From the NCBI GenBank assembly GCA_048938025.1, contig JBHLMP010000047.1, forward strand, positions 1-30,116: a stretch of 30,116 nucleotides of DNA. The letters are read 5' to 3'. The stretch comes from Promethearchaeota archaeon (lineage in GTDB: Archaea; Asgardarchaeota; Lokiarchaeia; Sigyniarchaeales; SOKP01). The notes under the pieces are model-generated. The model had not been told where the DNA came from, did no database searches, and saw only the letters and a list, made by a program, of their open reading frames with translations. The number at the start of each line of letters is the position of its first letter. The first letter of the stretch is position 1. The translations under genes and the position numbers were made by a program. Shown here in pieces: positions 18,659 to 27,431 of the stretch.

Positions 18659-19334
18659 CTTAATTATCAGTTTAATTCTGGAATTTATTCTTCTCTTCAT
18701 TACTATTATAAATTTAAATTTAATTTTAAACAAATGGAAGGAAAGTAAAAATCGATTAAATGCGATGTTAGTAGGGTTCATAATTTTTCTTTGCTGTTAT
18801 TCAATATTTAAGATACTGGGAGCTTTAGATATTACTATTTACTTTACAGTAGGTGAAGGATTTAATTTATATCATTTCTTCACCATAGTTATTTCTGCTT
18901 TTCAGTTAGTTTATGTATTTTATCTAAGAGAGTGGAAACGATTTTATTATCTTCCCGTTATTATTAGTAGTTATACAATCATAGGATTAATCCAATTTGA
19001 GTTTGAAATGTATTTTATAATATATACGATGATTTCTGCTCTTTTCTCTTCTTCCCTTTTAGTAATAATGGGATTGAAAAATAAAAATGGAATTATTTTA
19101 ATGTTGGGACTATTTATTTTTAGTTTTAGTTTGGGTAATATGCTAAACCTTCAATTGGTTGGAAATATAATAAGATTAATTCCAATTATTTTACTATATT
19201 TAGGACTCTCAGATATTATTGATAAGTATTTCCTAATTGATAAAAAAGAAAAATTGAGATTAAAAAGTATTTGGATCTCGAAAGTCTTGGTGGATGAAGA
19301 ATCAATAGAAAAGGGAAAGGAAATGAATTTTTAA
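18651..19334 (+). CDS. Stand-alone seven-transmembrane protein (paralog B) with charged cytoplasmic tail
   Basis: Seven hydrophobic segments; ATG at 18651 overlaps the previous stop, with GGAGG upstream; ~40 aa polar C-tail. Confidence 0.75.
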   Translation: MINLIISLILEFILLFITIINLNLILNKWKESKNRLNAMLVGFIIFLCCYSIFKILGALDITIYFTVGEGFNLYHFFTIVISAFQLVYVFYLREWKRFYYLPVIISSYTIIGLIQFEFEMYFIIYTMISALFSSSLLVIMGLKNKNGIILMLGLFIFSFSLGNMLNLQLVGNIIRLIPIILLYLGLSDIIDKYFLIDKKEKLRLKSIWISKVLVDEESIEKGKEMNF

Positions 19335-19358
19335 AATTATAAAGATTACCTTCTTCTT

Positions 19359-19458
19359 CCTATAAAGGAGTTAAACATCTAAAAGATGTAAAAAGTGATC
19401 CAAAAGAATTGGATACTAAAGGATATTATGACAGGGCTTCAGCAAATTTGATCGTTAA
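19359..19458 (+). pseudogene. Decayed duplicate of the cdhD 3' end
   Basis: ccaaaagaattggatactaaaggatattatgacagggcttcagcaaatttgatcgttaa vs cdhD ccaaaagaattggatgacagaggatattacgactgggtttctgccaatttaaaacgttag (PKELDTKGYYDRASANL vs PKELDDRGYYDWVSANL); upstream VKHLKDV vs AKHMKEI. Confidence 0.8.
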
Positions 19459-19660
19459 ACTACTTTTTTATCTTTTTTTTTCTTTATTTTATTAGTTTTT
19501 ATATTCTGTTTAAATTCCAAGATTTATATCTCTAATTTTTTTCAATTAAATACTTTTACCATATAACGAATTTTTTTTTTTATCTTAGAGACTATATAGC
19601 TAAGGTTTATATATTCTATTTAAGTAAAGAGATTGGGAATAAAAATTAGGGGTAGATAAA

Positions 19661-19768
19661 ATGGATTGGACAGAGGTTTATACCTTTATACTTACTATTA
19701 TCAGTATTGTTGCGTTGTGCGCATTAGGCTATTTAATAATTTTTTTTGCTAGTTTTATACTGTATTAA
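19661..19768 (+). CDS. Putative 35-aa single-TM microprotein
   Basis: MDWTEVYTFILTIISIVALCALGYLIIFFASFILY*; AGGGGT upstream and TTTATATA further upstream. Confidence 0.4.
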   Translation: MDWTEVYTFILTIISIVALCALGYLIIFFASFILY

Positions 19769-19774
19769 ATTATA

Positions 19775-19981
19775 TCATATAGGAAGTCTTGCGTTTGGAC
19801 GAGATTCTGTTGCTGGTTTACCTTCAATACCCCAATGAGATTTAGGAATTTCGTGTACTATCACTTCCACCGCTTGAGCGGGGATATCCATCTCGACAAA
19901 TACTTGAGTTATTCCCGATATTATTTTTTTTACTATTTCTTCGGAAATTCCTTTCCACATATTAACATGTACAACTGGCAT
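19775..19981 (-). CDS. 4-oxalocrotonate tautomerase family protein
   Basis: MPVVHV (catalytic Pro1) start at ATG 19981, AVEVIVHEIPKSHWGIEG signature, 68 aa. Confidence 0.88.
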   Translation of the reverse strand: MPVVHVNMWKGISEEIVKKIISGITQVFVEMDIPAQAVEVIVHEIPKSHWGIEGKPATESRPNARLPI

Positions 19982-20298
19982 ACTTCTTACATATTCAATT
20001 AACTTCATAAAATTTTTGAAATTATTAATCCAAAATTTCAATTAATTTCTTCCTATTTAATTGTAACATGCAATAAAAAGGAGTTTAAGATTTTTGATCA
20101 TTATGTGAATAGGAAAAGGAATCATATATTGGATTCAAGCCTTAACGGATGGTTTATTTGATTTAGGAGCGTAATTTTTTAGCACTTTTACATATCTTGA
20201 ATTTTTCCACTAAATTATAAATATCCAGATTTTCATTACTGTTAATGAAACACAATAATAAAATATGAACCTGTAAAAATGAAGAAGGTGATATAAAT

Positions 20299-20649
20299 TT
20301 GTCAAAATTACTCTCAAGGTTAGAAAAATCAGAAGTTAAATATAACCAAATTTCAAATATGGAAAGATGCAAGAAAGATTTTACATTTTTAATAAATAAG
20401 TTAGATGAAATAAGAGCGGAAACAAAAAAAATTACTGAAAAACCAAAAGAACTTGATTCTAGAAGCCGTTTAATAACAGTACTTAAAAGCAATTCTCATG
20501 AAAAGCAATCCCTTTATTCAAATAATTTAAACATTTTCGGAGTATTTAAGAGGATGCTTGAAGGAGGTGTTGCTAGAGAAGTTGTATTTGCAAAATTCTT
20601 TAGAACATATCCCTATTGTATGCCTAACCGAGATTTCATCAAGAAATAG
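20299..20649 (+). CDS. Hypothetical helical protein
   Basis: 116-aa ORF with TTG start preceded by GAAGGTGA; no recognisable motif. Confidence 0.45.
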   Translation: MSKLLSRLEKSEVKYNQISNMERCKKDFTFLINKLDEIRAETKKITEKPKELDSRSRLITVLKSNSHEKQSLYSNNLNIFGVFKRMLEGGVAREVVFAKFFRTYPYCMPNRDFIKK

Positions 20650-20686
20650 AAAGTTTTTAAAAATTATTAAAAAAAGTTTCTTATAT

Positions 20687-20914
20687 TTAGGATTTTTGGA
20701 TTTTTATCGTAAAGTTTTGTCCTTCAACAATAAACTCTAAGACTTTATCTCCATGTTTTTCAATATAATTTTTGATATTTTGTCCTGCTTCTGCATAATC
20801 TCCTGAAACTTCTAAAATGTCTCCACTGCCCATTTCCAATAGTTTCCTTTTAGTTTTAGCGACTGGTAATGGACAAACCAAACCATTGCATTTTAGTTCA
20901 TAAACATTTCCCAT
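20687..20914 (-). CDS. TusA/SirA family sulfur carrier protein
   Basis: GLVCPLPVAKTK motif, 75 aa, GDILEV. Confidence 0.88.
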   Translation of the reverse strand: MGNVYELKCNGLVCPLPVAKTKRKLLEMGSGDILEVSGDYAEAGQNIKNYIEKHGDKVLEFIVEGQNFTIKIQKS

Positions 20915-20935
20915 AATAATCCATCCATCACTTTA

Positions 20936-21295
20936 TTAACTAAATATGATATTGTCAGCTTCTTCACACATCTCAAGAAAACCATTCATAGTAGTTTTTT
21001 CTATTCCTTCCATCAATTCATCGACAGCCATTCCACGTGCTTTCATGCATACTCCACATGCTTTTACTTTAGCACCCTCTTCAATTACGTCTTTTAACCA
21101 TTTTCCGACGTTGTCATATGTAGTAGGGTCCTGGTTTTTTTTACCAACCCAAATCCCATCTTCAACTAGAAATATGTTTACGCGATGATCTTCTAGAAGG
21201 GCAGTATAAGCGAATCGAAGTAGAGTATAAGATCTCTCTTCGGTATACGGGCCGCTCCCAATGGCGATTGTGAAGACTTTCTTTTTTTCTGACAT
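20936..21295 (-). CDS. DsrE/TusD family sulfur relay protein
   Basis: GPYTEERS, IFLVEDGI, ACGVCMKARG; probable start ATG 21295 (MSEKKK). Confidence 0.88.
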   Translation of the reverse strand: MSEKKKVFTIAIGSGPYTEERSYTLLRFAYTALLEDHRVNIFLVEDGIWVGKKNQDPTTYDNVGKWLKDVIEEGAKVKACGVCMKARGMAVDELMEGIEKTTMNGFLEMCEEADNIIFS

Positions 21296-21343
21296 GATAT
21301 AATTGAAAATAAATATATATTTATTAATTTTTTCGTAATTTTC

Positions 21344-21360
21344 TATCAATAAAATCGATA
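21344..21360. promoter_or_regulatory. LysR-type recognition site TATC-N9-GATA
   Basis: tatcaataaaatcgata between divergent dsrE and lysR; fits the T-N11-A / ATC-N9-GAT dyad. Confidence 0.5.
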
Positions 21361-21443
21361 AATAAAAATAATATGAAACACGTTGAACTCTTAATAGTAT
21401 GTTAAAGTTATACTTATGATGACTATTTAAGGCGGTAATAAAT

Positions 21444-22349
21444 TTGAATATCGAATATTTAAGGAATTTTATAAAACTTGCTCAATACAAAAGCTTTTCA
21501 GAATTAGCAAAAGATTTACCTATCTCTCAAAGTACATTATCTCATCAAATTTCGCAATTAGAGAAAGATTTTGGAGTTGTGTTAATTGATAGATCAACTA
21601 AAAAATTTGAATTAACTGAAGCAGGAAAAGTGTTTTTTAAATATGCTGTAGAAATTATCAGGTTATATGATGATTGCAAACAAGAGATATCGAAATTTAA
21701 AGGTCAAAGATTAGAAGAGATTATAATATCGGCATCCACTATTCCTGGATCTCATATTTTGCCAAAATTTATAGCAGATTTTCGAAATAAAAATCCTAAC
21801 ATTAACTTTAAAATCTTAATTAATAATTCTCAGAAATCTATTGAAAATTTAAAGAAAAATGTGGCAGATTTTGCTGGTATCGGGAGTTTCATGAATAATG
21901 ATGAATCTGAATTTGAGTATATACAAATCGGGCAGGATGAGTTCAAGTTCATATGTTCTCCTACTCATGAATTACTTAAAGATGGGACTCACATTGTAAA
22001 TTTTAATGATCTTACTAAATATCCTTTTGTGTGGAGAGAAAAAGGATCTGGAATGAGGAATACTTTTAAACACCAATTTCCTGATTACAAAAAATTGAAT
22101 ATAAAGCTTGAAATAAATGACAACGACTCAATCATTTCTACAGTAAATGAATCTAATTATATAAGTATTATGAGCGAAATGATGGCAGATAAAGCAGAAT
22201 CAGCAGGTTTAATAAAATATCTAAAAGTCAAAAGCTATCCCTCCATTGTAAAAAGACCGCTATATTTTGTTAAATTAAAAAATAAAGAATTAAGTAACCT
22301 CAAGAAGAAATTTTGGGATGAATTAAAATCGAAATTCTCTACAAAATAA
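21444..22349 (+). CDS. LysR family transcriptional regulator (CysL-like / selenium-metabolism-associated type)
   Basis: HTH SFSELAKDLPISQSTLSHQISQLE, LTEAG; ASTIPGSHILP and REKGSGMR motifs. Confidence 0.88.
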   Translation: MNIEYLRNFIKLAQYKSFSELAKDLPISQSTLSHQISQLEKDFGVVLIDRSTKKFELTEAGKVFFKYAVEIIRLYDDCKQEISKFKGQRLEEIIISASTIPGSHILPKFIADFRNKNPNINFKILINNSQKSIENLKKNVADFAGIGSFMNNDESEFEYIQIGQDEFKFICSPTHELLKDGTHIVNFNDLTKYPFVWREKGSGMRNTFKHQFPDYKKLNIKLEINDNDSIISTVNESNYISIMSEMMADKAESAGLIKYLKVKSYPSIVKRPLYFVKLKNKELSNLKKKFWDELKSKFSTK

Positions 22350-22391
22350 AAAATAAAATAAAAAAATATGATTAAATATTTGAAATAGTAT

Positions 22392-23198
22392 CTAAAGTGT
22401 AGTCTTTTTCTGAAAAATCTTAACTCCTAAAGTAATAAATAGGGCAGTGAATGCTAGTATCATAAGGATTCCTCCCCATATGGGAAAGAACGTGGCTTCA
22501 GAAGTTGGAGTAATTATATTACCACTATACATCAAATCAGAGAAAGAATCGCCAACGACTGTCAATTGGAGATAGACTTGTTTAACCCAATATGTTGGAG
22601 TGAAAAATACTCCCGCATTATCCAAAGGGAAAAATGATCCCGATACAAACATTAAGGACATATGAGTCAACATTGCAATTCCATTCGCTCCTTCAGGACT
22701 ATTAAGAAAACTCGCAATAATAAGACCCAATCCTATTGATGCTATACCATAAATCATTGCAATCAAGTATCCAATCGGCATCATTGCTAGTTCAAAATGA
22801 GCTCCTAATACCCCATATCCAAATCCAAATAATAAGATGAGCTGGAGATTCATGAATATGGTCTCAGATATTACAGCTCCTAAAAATACATTTCCACGAC
22901 TCACAGGCATTGCATCTATAAACTCTAATGTTCCATTTTTTTTACTCATTGAAAACATAACTGCACTTGATACTGTGGATATACCAATAGTATATACAAC
23001 GATTCCTGGAAATTCTACATCGAAAACTGTTAACCCATTTATTATCATAGTTTCATCAGAATCCATGAATGCTAACTTATAGACAATCAACATCATGATT
23101 GGAAATGCAACAGTCCAAAACATCGAGCCATAATTTTTCAGTTTCTCTTTTATATTCTTCTTGGCAATATACCAGGCTTTTAAATCAATCATGTTCAT
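22392..23198 (-). CDS. ABC-2 type transporter permease
   Basis: Six TM segments, FPGI, SGSFFP, PTYW; coupled to the ATPase gene. Confidence 0.85.
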   Translation of the reverse strand: MNMIDLKAWYIAKKNIKEKLKNYGSMFWTVAFPIMMLIVYKLAFMDSDETMIINGLTVFDVEFPGIVVYTIGISTVSSAVMFSMSKKNGTLEFIDAMPVSRGNVFLGAVISETIFMNLQLILLFGFGYGVLGAHFELAMMPIGYLIAMIYGIASIGLGLIIASFLNSPEGANGIAMLTHMSLMFVSGSFFPLDNAGVFFTPTYWVKQVYLQLTVVGDSFSDLMYSGNIITPTSEATFFPIWGGILMILAFTALFITLGVKIFQKKTTL

Positions 23199-24208
23199 TA
23201 ATCTCGTAACCCCCTACCAGTTAGTTTTAAAAATATATCTTCAAGAGAATCTTCCCTAAAGTGTAAAGACCTGAACATTTCTATTTCAGGTAAAATTTCT
23301 CGCTTGAAAGTCTTAATTCCTCCAGTAAAAGAGATAATTAACTTATTATTCTCCATGTTTGTAATTTTTTTCACTTTATCCATTTGTTCTAATTTACTTT
23401 TTGCTTGAGTAAGCTCTTGATTGGAAGAGAAACTTAATTCAAGAATATTTCCGTTATGTGAACTCCTCTTTAGTTCTTCTAAGGTTCCAAAAGCAATGAT
23501 TTTACCATGATCCATAATTGCTATGTGATCACTTAACACATCCGCCTCAATCATATCATGAGTAGTAAGGATGATTGTCATTCCTGTTTTCTTAAGATCC
23601 TTGATAAAATCCCAAACTAGGCGTCTTGCTTGAGGATCTAACCCAGCACTTGGTTCATCAAGAAAGAGAATTTGAGGTTGATGAATAAGGCTCATTACAA
23701 GACTTAATCTCCGTTTCATTCCTCCCGAAAATGACTTTGCAGGCTTTTTTCTTCCAGCAATATTCATTTTCTCTAATAAAGCTTTCGCACGTTTTCTTAA
23801 TTCAGCAGGATCCATCCCGTGCATGCGACCAACAAATTCTACATTATCTTCTGCTGTTAATGCTTCAAAAACCACATTTTCTTGAGGGCATACCCCAATA
23901 AGCGGTTTTATTTTATCTTTTTCTTTTATTAAGCTATGATCCTCAATTCTTGCATCTCCGCTTGTGGGTTTTAATACAGTTGTAAGCATTCTAATTGTCG
24001 TAGATTTTCCCGCACCATTAGGTCCTAAAAGTGAAAATAATTCACCTTTATGAACTTTAAGACTAATTCCATCAACGGCTTTAATTCCATTGAAAGATTT
24101 TTTTAGATCTTGAACTTCAATGATAAATTCATTTGAATATTTATTCTCATTGAATAGGGTAGGATCTGAATATATTACTTGTGCTTTTTCTAATATTGAT
24201 TCATTCAT
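23198..24208 (-). CDS. ABC transporter ATP-binding protein (DrrA/NodI-like exporter)
   Basis: GPNGAGKST, FSGGMKRR, LFLDEP, LTTH, SLEDIFLKLTG; probable ATG start at 24208. Confidence 0.92.
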   Translation of the reverse strand: MNESILEKAQVIYSDPTLFNENKYSNEFIIEVQDLKKSFNGIKAVDGISLKVHKGELFSLLGPNGAGKSTTIRMLTTVLKPTSGDARIEDHSLIKEKDKIKPLIGVCPQENVVFEALTAEDNVEFVGRMHGMDPAELRKRAKALLEKMNIAGRKKPAKSFSGGMKRRLSLVMSLIHQPQILFLDEPSAGLDPQARRLVWDFIKDLKKTGMTIILTTHDMIEADVLSDHIAIMDHGKIIAFGTLEELKRSSHNGNILELSFSSNQELTQAKSKLEQMDKVKKITNMENNKLIISFTGGIKTFKREILPEIEMFRSLHFREDSLEDIFLKLTGRGLRD

Positions 24209-24308
24209 ATTTTTAATTAAAATTAGTTTGAATAAATGTCGTTTGTAGACCAATTTTTGTGATAATCATATTAGAAAAAAAAAAAATAAAAAATAAACAA
24301 AAAAGAAG

Positions 24309-25727
24309 TTATTTTATAAGAATACCTGCTTGATCAAAATTTAGGAAGCTACTAATCTTTTCTTTTAATGGATATATACCCTCCTTGAACAATGTGATAA
24401 GAAAAATCGCAAAGAATATAATTGATCCTAATCCTGGAGCGAATCCACTCAAAAGATCTGTAAACTGTGATGATGGATCAATCGAAAGTAAAGTATAAGC
24501 TAAGGACCCTCCAGCAATCAATATAGAAATAAATGAGATTATCAAAGCTGCTTTTTTACTTAGATTAAAATGGATTGGACCAAGCTCTACTCGAAAATAT
24601 TTTGGTTGAACTATAATTGAAAGAACAGAATGACTTATTACTTTATTTTCAAACTCAATATAAATATTTAAGAAGCGACGTTCACTTTCTCTCTTTTTCA
24701 TTTTTTTCTTAGATTTTACAGGTAGAACAGAGAAAATCATTACTGGAGGATTCACCGCATCCTTTTTAACAACTACTCTCCCTGTCAAAGGATGAACCTC
24801 AAACCCCTCTCCTTCAATTTTAAGATCTAAAATGGGGGGTTCCTTTTTAGTAGTTACTATTCTAACTTGTGTTGTATAAATAGTTTTACCCTCTTCATCT
24901 ACAATTTTCAATTCTTTATGCGAAAAATAGACATAAAACAAATAACTTCTCTGCTCCATCATTACTGAATAGTATTGAAGTCCCATATTAATCTCATAAA
25001 CTGTTGGTTTTGGTTCTGGTACAATCGTAGGTTTTGGTTCCGATATAACTTCAGAGAAAACTTCTTCAACAGCATCTCGAAATTTTGCATCAGAGGGGGG
25101 AGCACTTACTGAAGCTCTTGATGGTGCTGGTGGAGCACCTGCACCTGGTGGTGGAGGAGGAGGAGCTAGAGCTGGTTCTTCTTCCATTTCAACTTCTTCA
25201 TCCTCGTCATATAAAAGCATATCAGCACTTTCAACTGGTTCTTCCATCATCTTATATTCTGCTTTCTCTTCTCCAAACGACTCCCTTTTTCTAGCTTGCT
25301 TAGCTTTCTTCTTTTCTGGAGCTTCACGTGGAGCAGCAACAGTTTTTACTCTTTCAATTACTTCTTTTTCAACAATATCTGCTTTGGTTCTGATATCTTT
25401 ACCTGCTTTCTGTTTCTCCTCTTCTTTCATTTCCTCTTTTTTTTCAAACTCTTTTTTTTCCAGTAAACCTAAACTTTTTAACTTTGTACTTTCTGAGATT
25501 ATGGTATTAGATATGAAATCTACAAAGGAAAGATCTTCACGATTTAGATGAGTCTCTCCCAAAAAGGTATAAATATCATCTAAGATTTTTGATAATTTTG
25601 TAGACTTTTTATATATCCCAATAAAAGTGAAATTTAGAATCTCAATGGATAGAACATTCGATTTTTTGTCATAATAAATTTTATTTGTTGGAATTTCAAG
25701 TTTAGAGATTTCTTCTAATAACGTCAA
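24309..25727 (-). CDS. Hypothetical protein with charged/acidic and polyproline linker, beta-rich domain and two C-terminal TM helices
   Basis: 472-aa ORF; EEEPALAPPPPPPGAGAPPAP; two hydrophobic helices near the C-terminus. Confidence 0.7.
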   Translation of the reverse strand: MTLLEEISKLEIPTNKIYYDKKSNVLSIEILNFTFIGIYKKSTKLSKILDDIYTFLGETHLNREDLSFVDFISNTIISESTKLKSLGLLEKKEFEKKEEMKEEEKQKAGKDIRTKADIVEKEVIERVKTVAAPREAPEKKKAKQARKRESFGEEKAEYKMMEEPVESADMLLYDEDEEVEMEEEPALAPPPPPPGAGAPPAPSRASVSAPPSDAKFRDAVEEVFSEVISEPKPTIVPEPKPTVYEINMGLQYYSVMMEQRSYLFYVYFSHKELKIVDEEGKTIYTTQVRIVTTKKEPPILDLKIEGEGFEVHPLTGRVVVKKDAVNPPVMIFSVLPVKSKKKMKKRESERRFLNIYIEFENKVISHSVLSIIVQPKYFRVELGPIHFNLSKKAALIISFISILIAGGSLAYTLLSIDPSSQFTDLLSGFAPGLGSIIFFAIFLITLFKEGIYPLKEKISSFLNFDQAGILIK

Positions 25728-25853
25728 ATTTACCTTTCCTCTCGTATATTATTTTCTTTATAAATTGATAATAATTTTTATGATAAAATTCTTTGTTTAA
25801 AACTTTATCTTTATTTACACTTAAACTAACTTTATTATAATGTTATTAAAACA

Positions 25854-27431
25854 ATGAAGGTGAAAAATTTGGCAGATAAATTCATATTAGCTCATGATTT
25901 AGGAACAACTGGCAATAAAGCAGCTCTTTTTGATATAAATTTAAATCTAATTTCTCAAACTAAGGTTGGTTATCCTTTATTTTATCCAAAACTGGGTTGG
26001 GCCGAACAAAATGCGGAAGATTATTGGAATTCTGTAGTAAAAGCAACTCATACGTTAATCAATGAAAGTAAAGTTAATCAAAATGATATTCTTGCGTTAA
26101 TATTCGATTGCCAAATGAATTGTACAGTTCCTATTGACATTGAAGGTATTCCATTAATGAAATGTATTAATTGGCTTGATACTCGAGCTGCTGCTATAAC
26201 TCATAAATTCACTAAAGGGATTATAAAAATATCAGATCATGGTTTGCGAAAATTACTTATGTTCATTAAAATAACAGGTGGTGCTCCAGGAATCAATGGA
26301 AAAGACCCAATTTCTCATATTTTATGGATCAAAGATAAATTACCTGAAATTTATGAAAAAACCTTCAAATTTTTAAGTGTAAAGGATATTGTAGTATATA
26401 GATGTACTAAAAACGCTATAACTTCAAGAGATTTAGGTAATACTTCTTGGATGATGGATAGTAATCCTGGTAAATTTGAATGGTCAGAAAAAATATTAAA
26501 TAAGTTTGGAATAAACAAAGAAAAATTACCTCAAATAAAAAGATCCTCTGAAATTGCTGGAGAATTAACTACTGAAGCATCAGATAAATTAGGTCTGAAA
26601 CCTGGAATTCCTGTTTTTGTAGGTTCTGGGGATTTAACTTCTGCTGCTATAGGTTCAGGTTCGATTCGGGACAATGAACCGATTATATGTCTAGGTACAT
26701 CAGATTGGGTGGCCGCTCACACATCTGAAAGATTAAAAGACCTTATACACTACACTGGAAGTATATGTTCTTCTCAAGATAATTATTTATGCATCTCTAA
26801 ACAAGAAACTGGTGCTGCATGTCTTGATTGGGTGATTAATCAAATGTTTAGTGTTGAAAAGGAGAAATATAAAGAAAAACAAGTAGATTTATATAAATTA
26901 ATAAATTCAGCTGTAGAGAACTCTAAAGTAGGGGCAAAAAATCTTCTATTTACGCCATGGTTGTTTGGAGAAAGGAGTCCAATAAATGATCCTAACGTTC
27001 GAGGGGGTTTTTATAATCTTAGCCTTGATCATAATCGCGAAGATCTTTTACGCGCAGTATACGAGGGGGTAGCCTATAATATAAAATGGGCGTTAATTAT
27101 ATTAGAAAAGTTAATAGGAAAAACTGACAAAATAAATTTCATTGGTGGAGGTGCTAAATCAAATGTTTGGTGTCAGATATTAGCTGATGTGCTGGAAAGG
27201 AACATTGTTCAAATGGAGGATCCCGATTTAGCTGCAGTTAAAGGATCTGTAATAATTTCTATGGTTGGTTTAGGACTATTGAAAAATTTTTCTGATGCGA
27301 TTCCATTAATTAAAATTAAGCAGAGTTTTACACCCAATCTTGAGAATAAAGAGATTTATAGTAAATTATTCACAGAATACATGAAAATTTATAAAAGGAA
27401 TAAAAAAATGTTTAAGCATTTAAATCTCTAA
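25854..27431 (+). CDS. FGGY family carbohydrate kinase (xylulokinase-like)
   Basis: AHDLGTTGNK, GWAEQ, NWLDTR, GERSP, RAVYEGVAY, GGGAKS, WCQILAD. Confidence 0.9.
   Translation: MKVKNLADKFILAHDLGTTGNKAALFDINLNLISQTKVGYPLFYPKLGWAEQNAEDYWNSVVKATHTLINESKVNQNDILALIFDCQMNCTVPIDIEGIPLMKCINWLDTRAAAITHKFTKGIIKISDHGLRKLLMFIKITGGAPGINGKDPISHILWIKDKLPEIYEKTFKFLSVKDIVVYRCTKNAITSRDLGNTSWMMDSNPGKFEWSEKILNKFGINKEKLPQIKRSSEIAGELTTEASDKLGLKPGIPVFVGSGDLTSAAIGSGSIRDNEPIICLGTSDWVAAHTSERLKDLIHYTGSICSSQDNYLCISKQETGAACLDWVINQMFSVEKEKYKEKQVDLYKLINSAVENSKVGAKNLLFTPWLFGERSPINDPNVRGGFYNLSLDHNREDLLRAVYEGVAYNIKWALIILEKLIGKTDKINFIGGGAKSNVWCQILADVLERNIVQMEDPDLAAVKGSVIISMVGLGLLKNFSDAIPLIKIKQSFTPNLENKEIYSKLFTEYMKIYKRNKKMFKHLNL

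Noticed and set aside
18002-19334. 7TM proteins as microbial rhodopsins
   Set aside because: No retinal-binding Lys (DxxxK/SxxxK) in helix 7 and no RYxxW-type helix 3 motif
20094-20174. Short ORF TTG-ATC-ATT-ATG-TGA-ATA-GGA... as a possible selenopeptide near the LysR/TusA module
   Set aside because: No redox motif, no SECIS identified and only 26 codons; chance or a gene remnant is more likely
1802-25294. Short ORFs at 1802, 2536, 7228, 7453, 9838, 12180, 15393, 16488, 17342, 20163, 20558, 20946, 22837 and 25085
   Set aside because: They overlap better-supported genes, mostly antisense, and show no motifs
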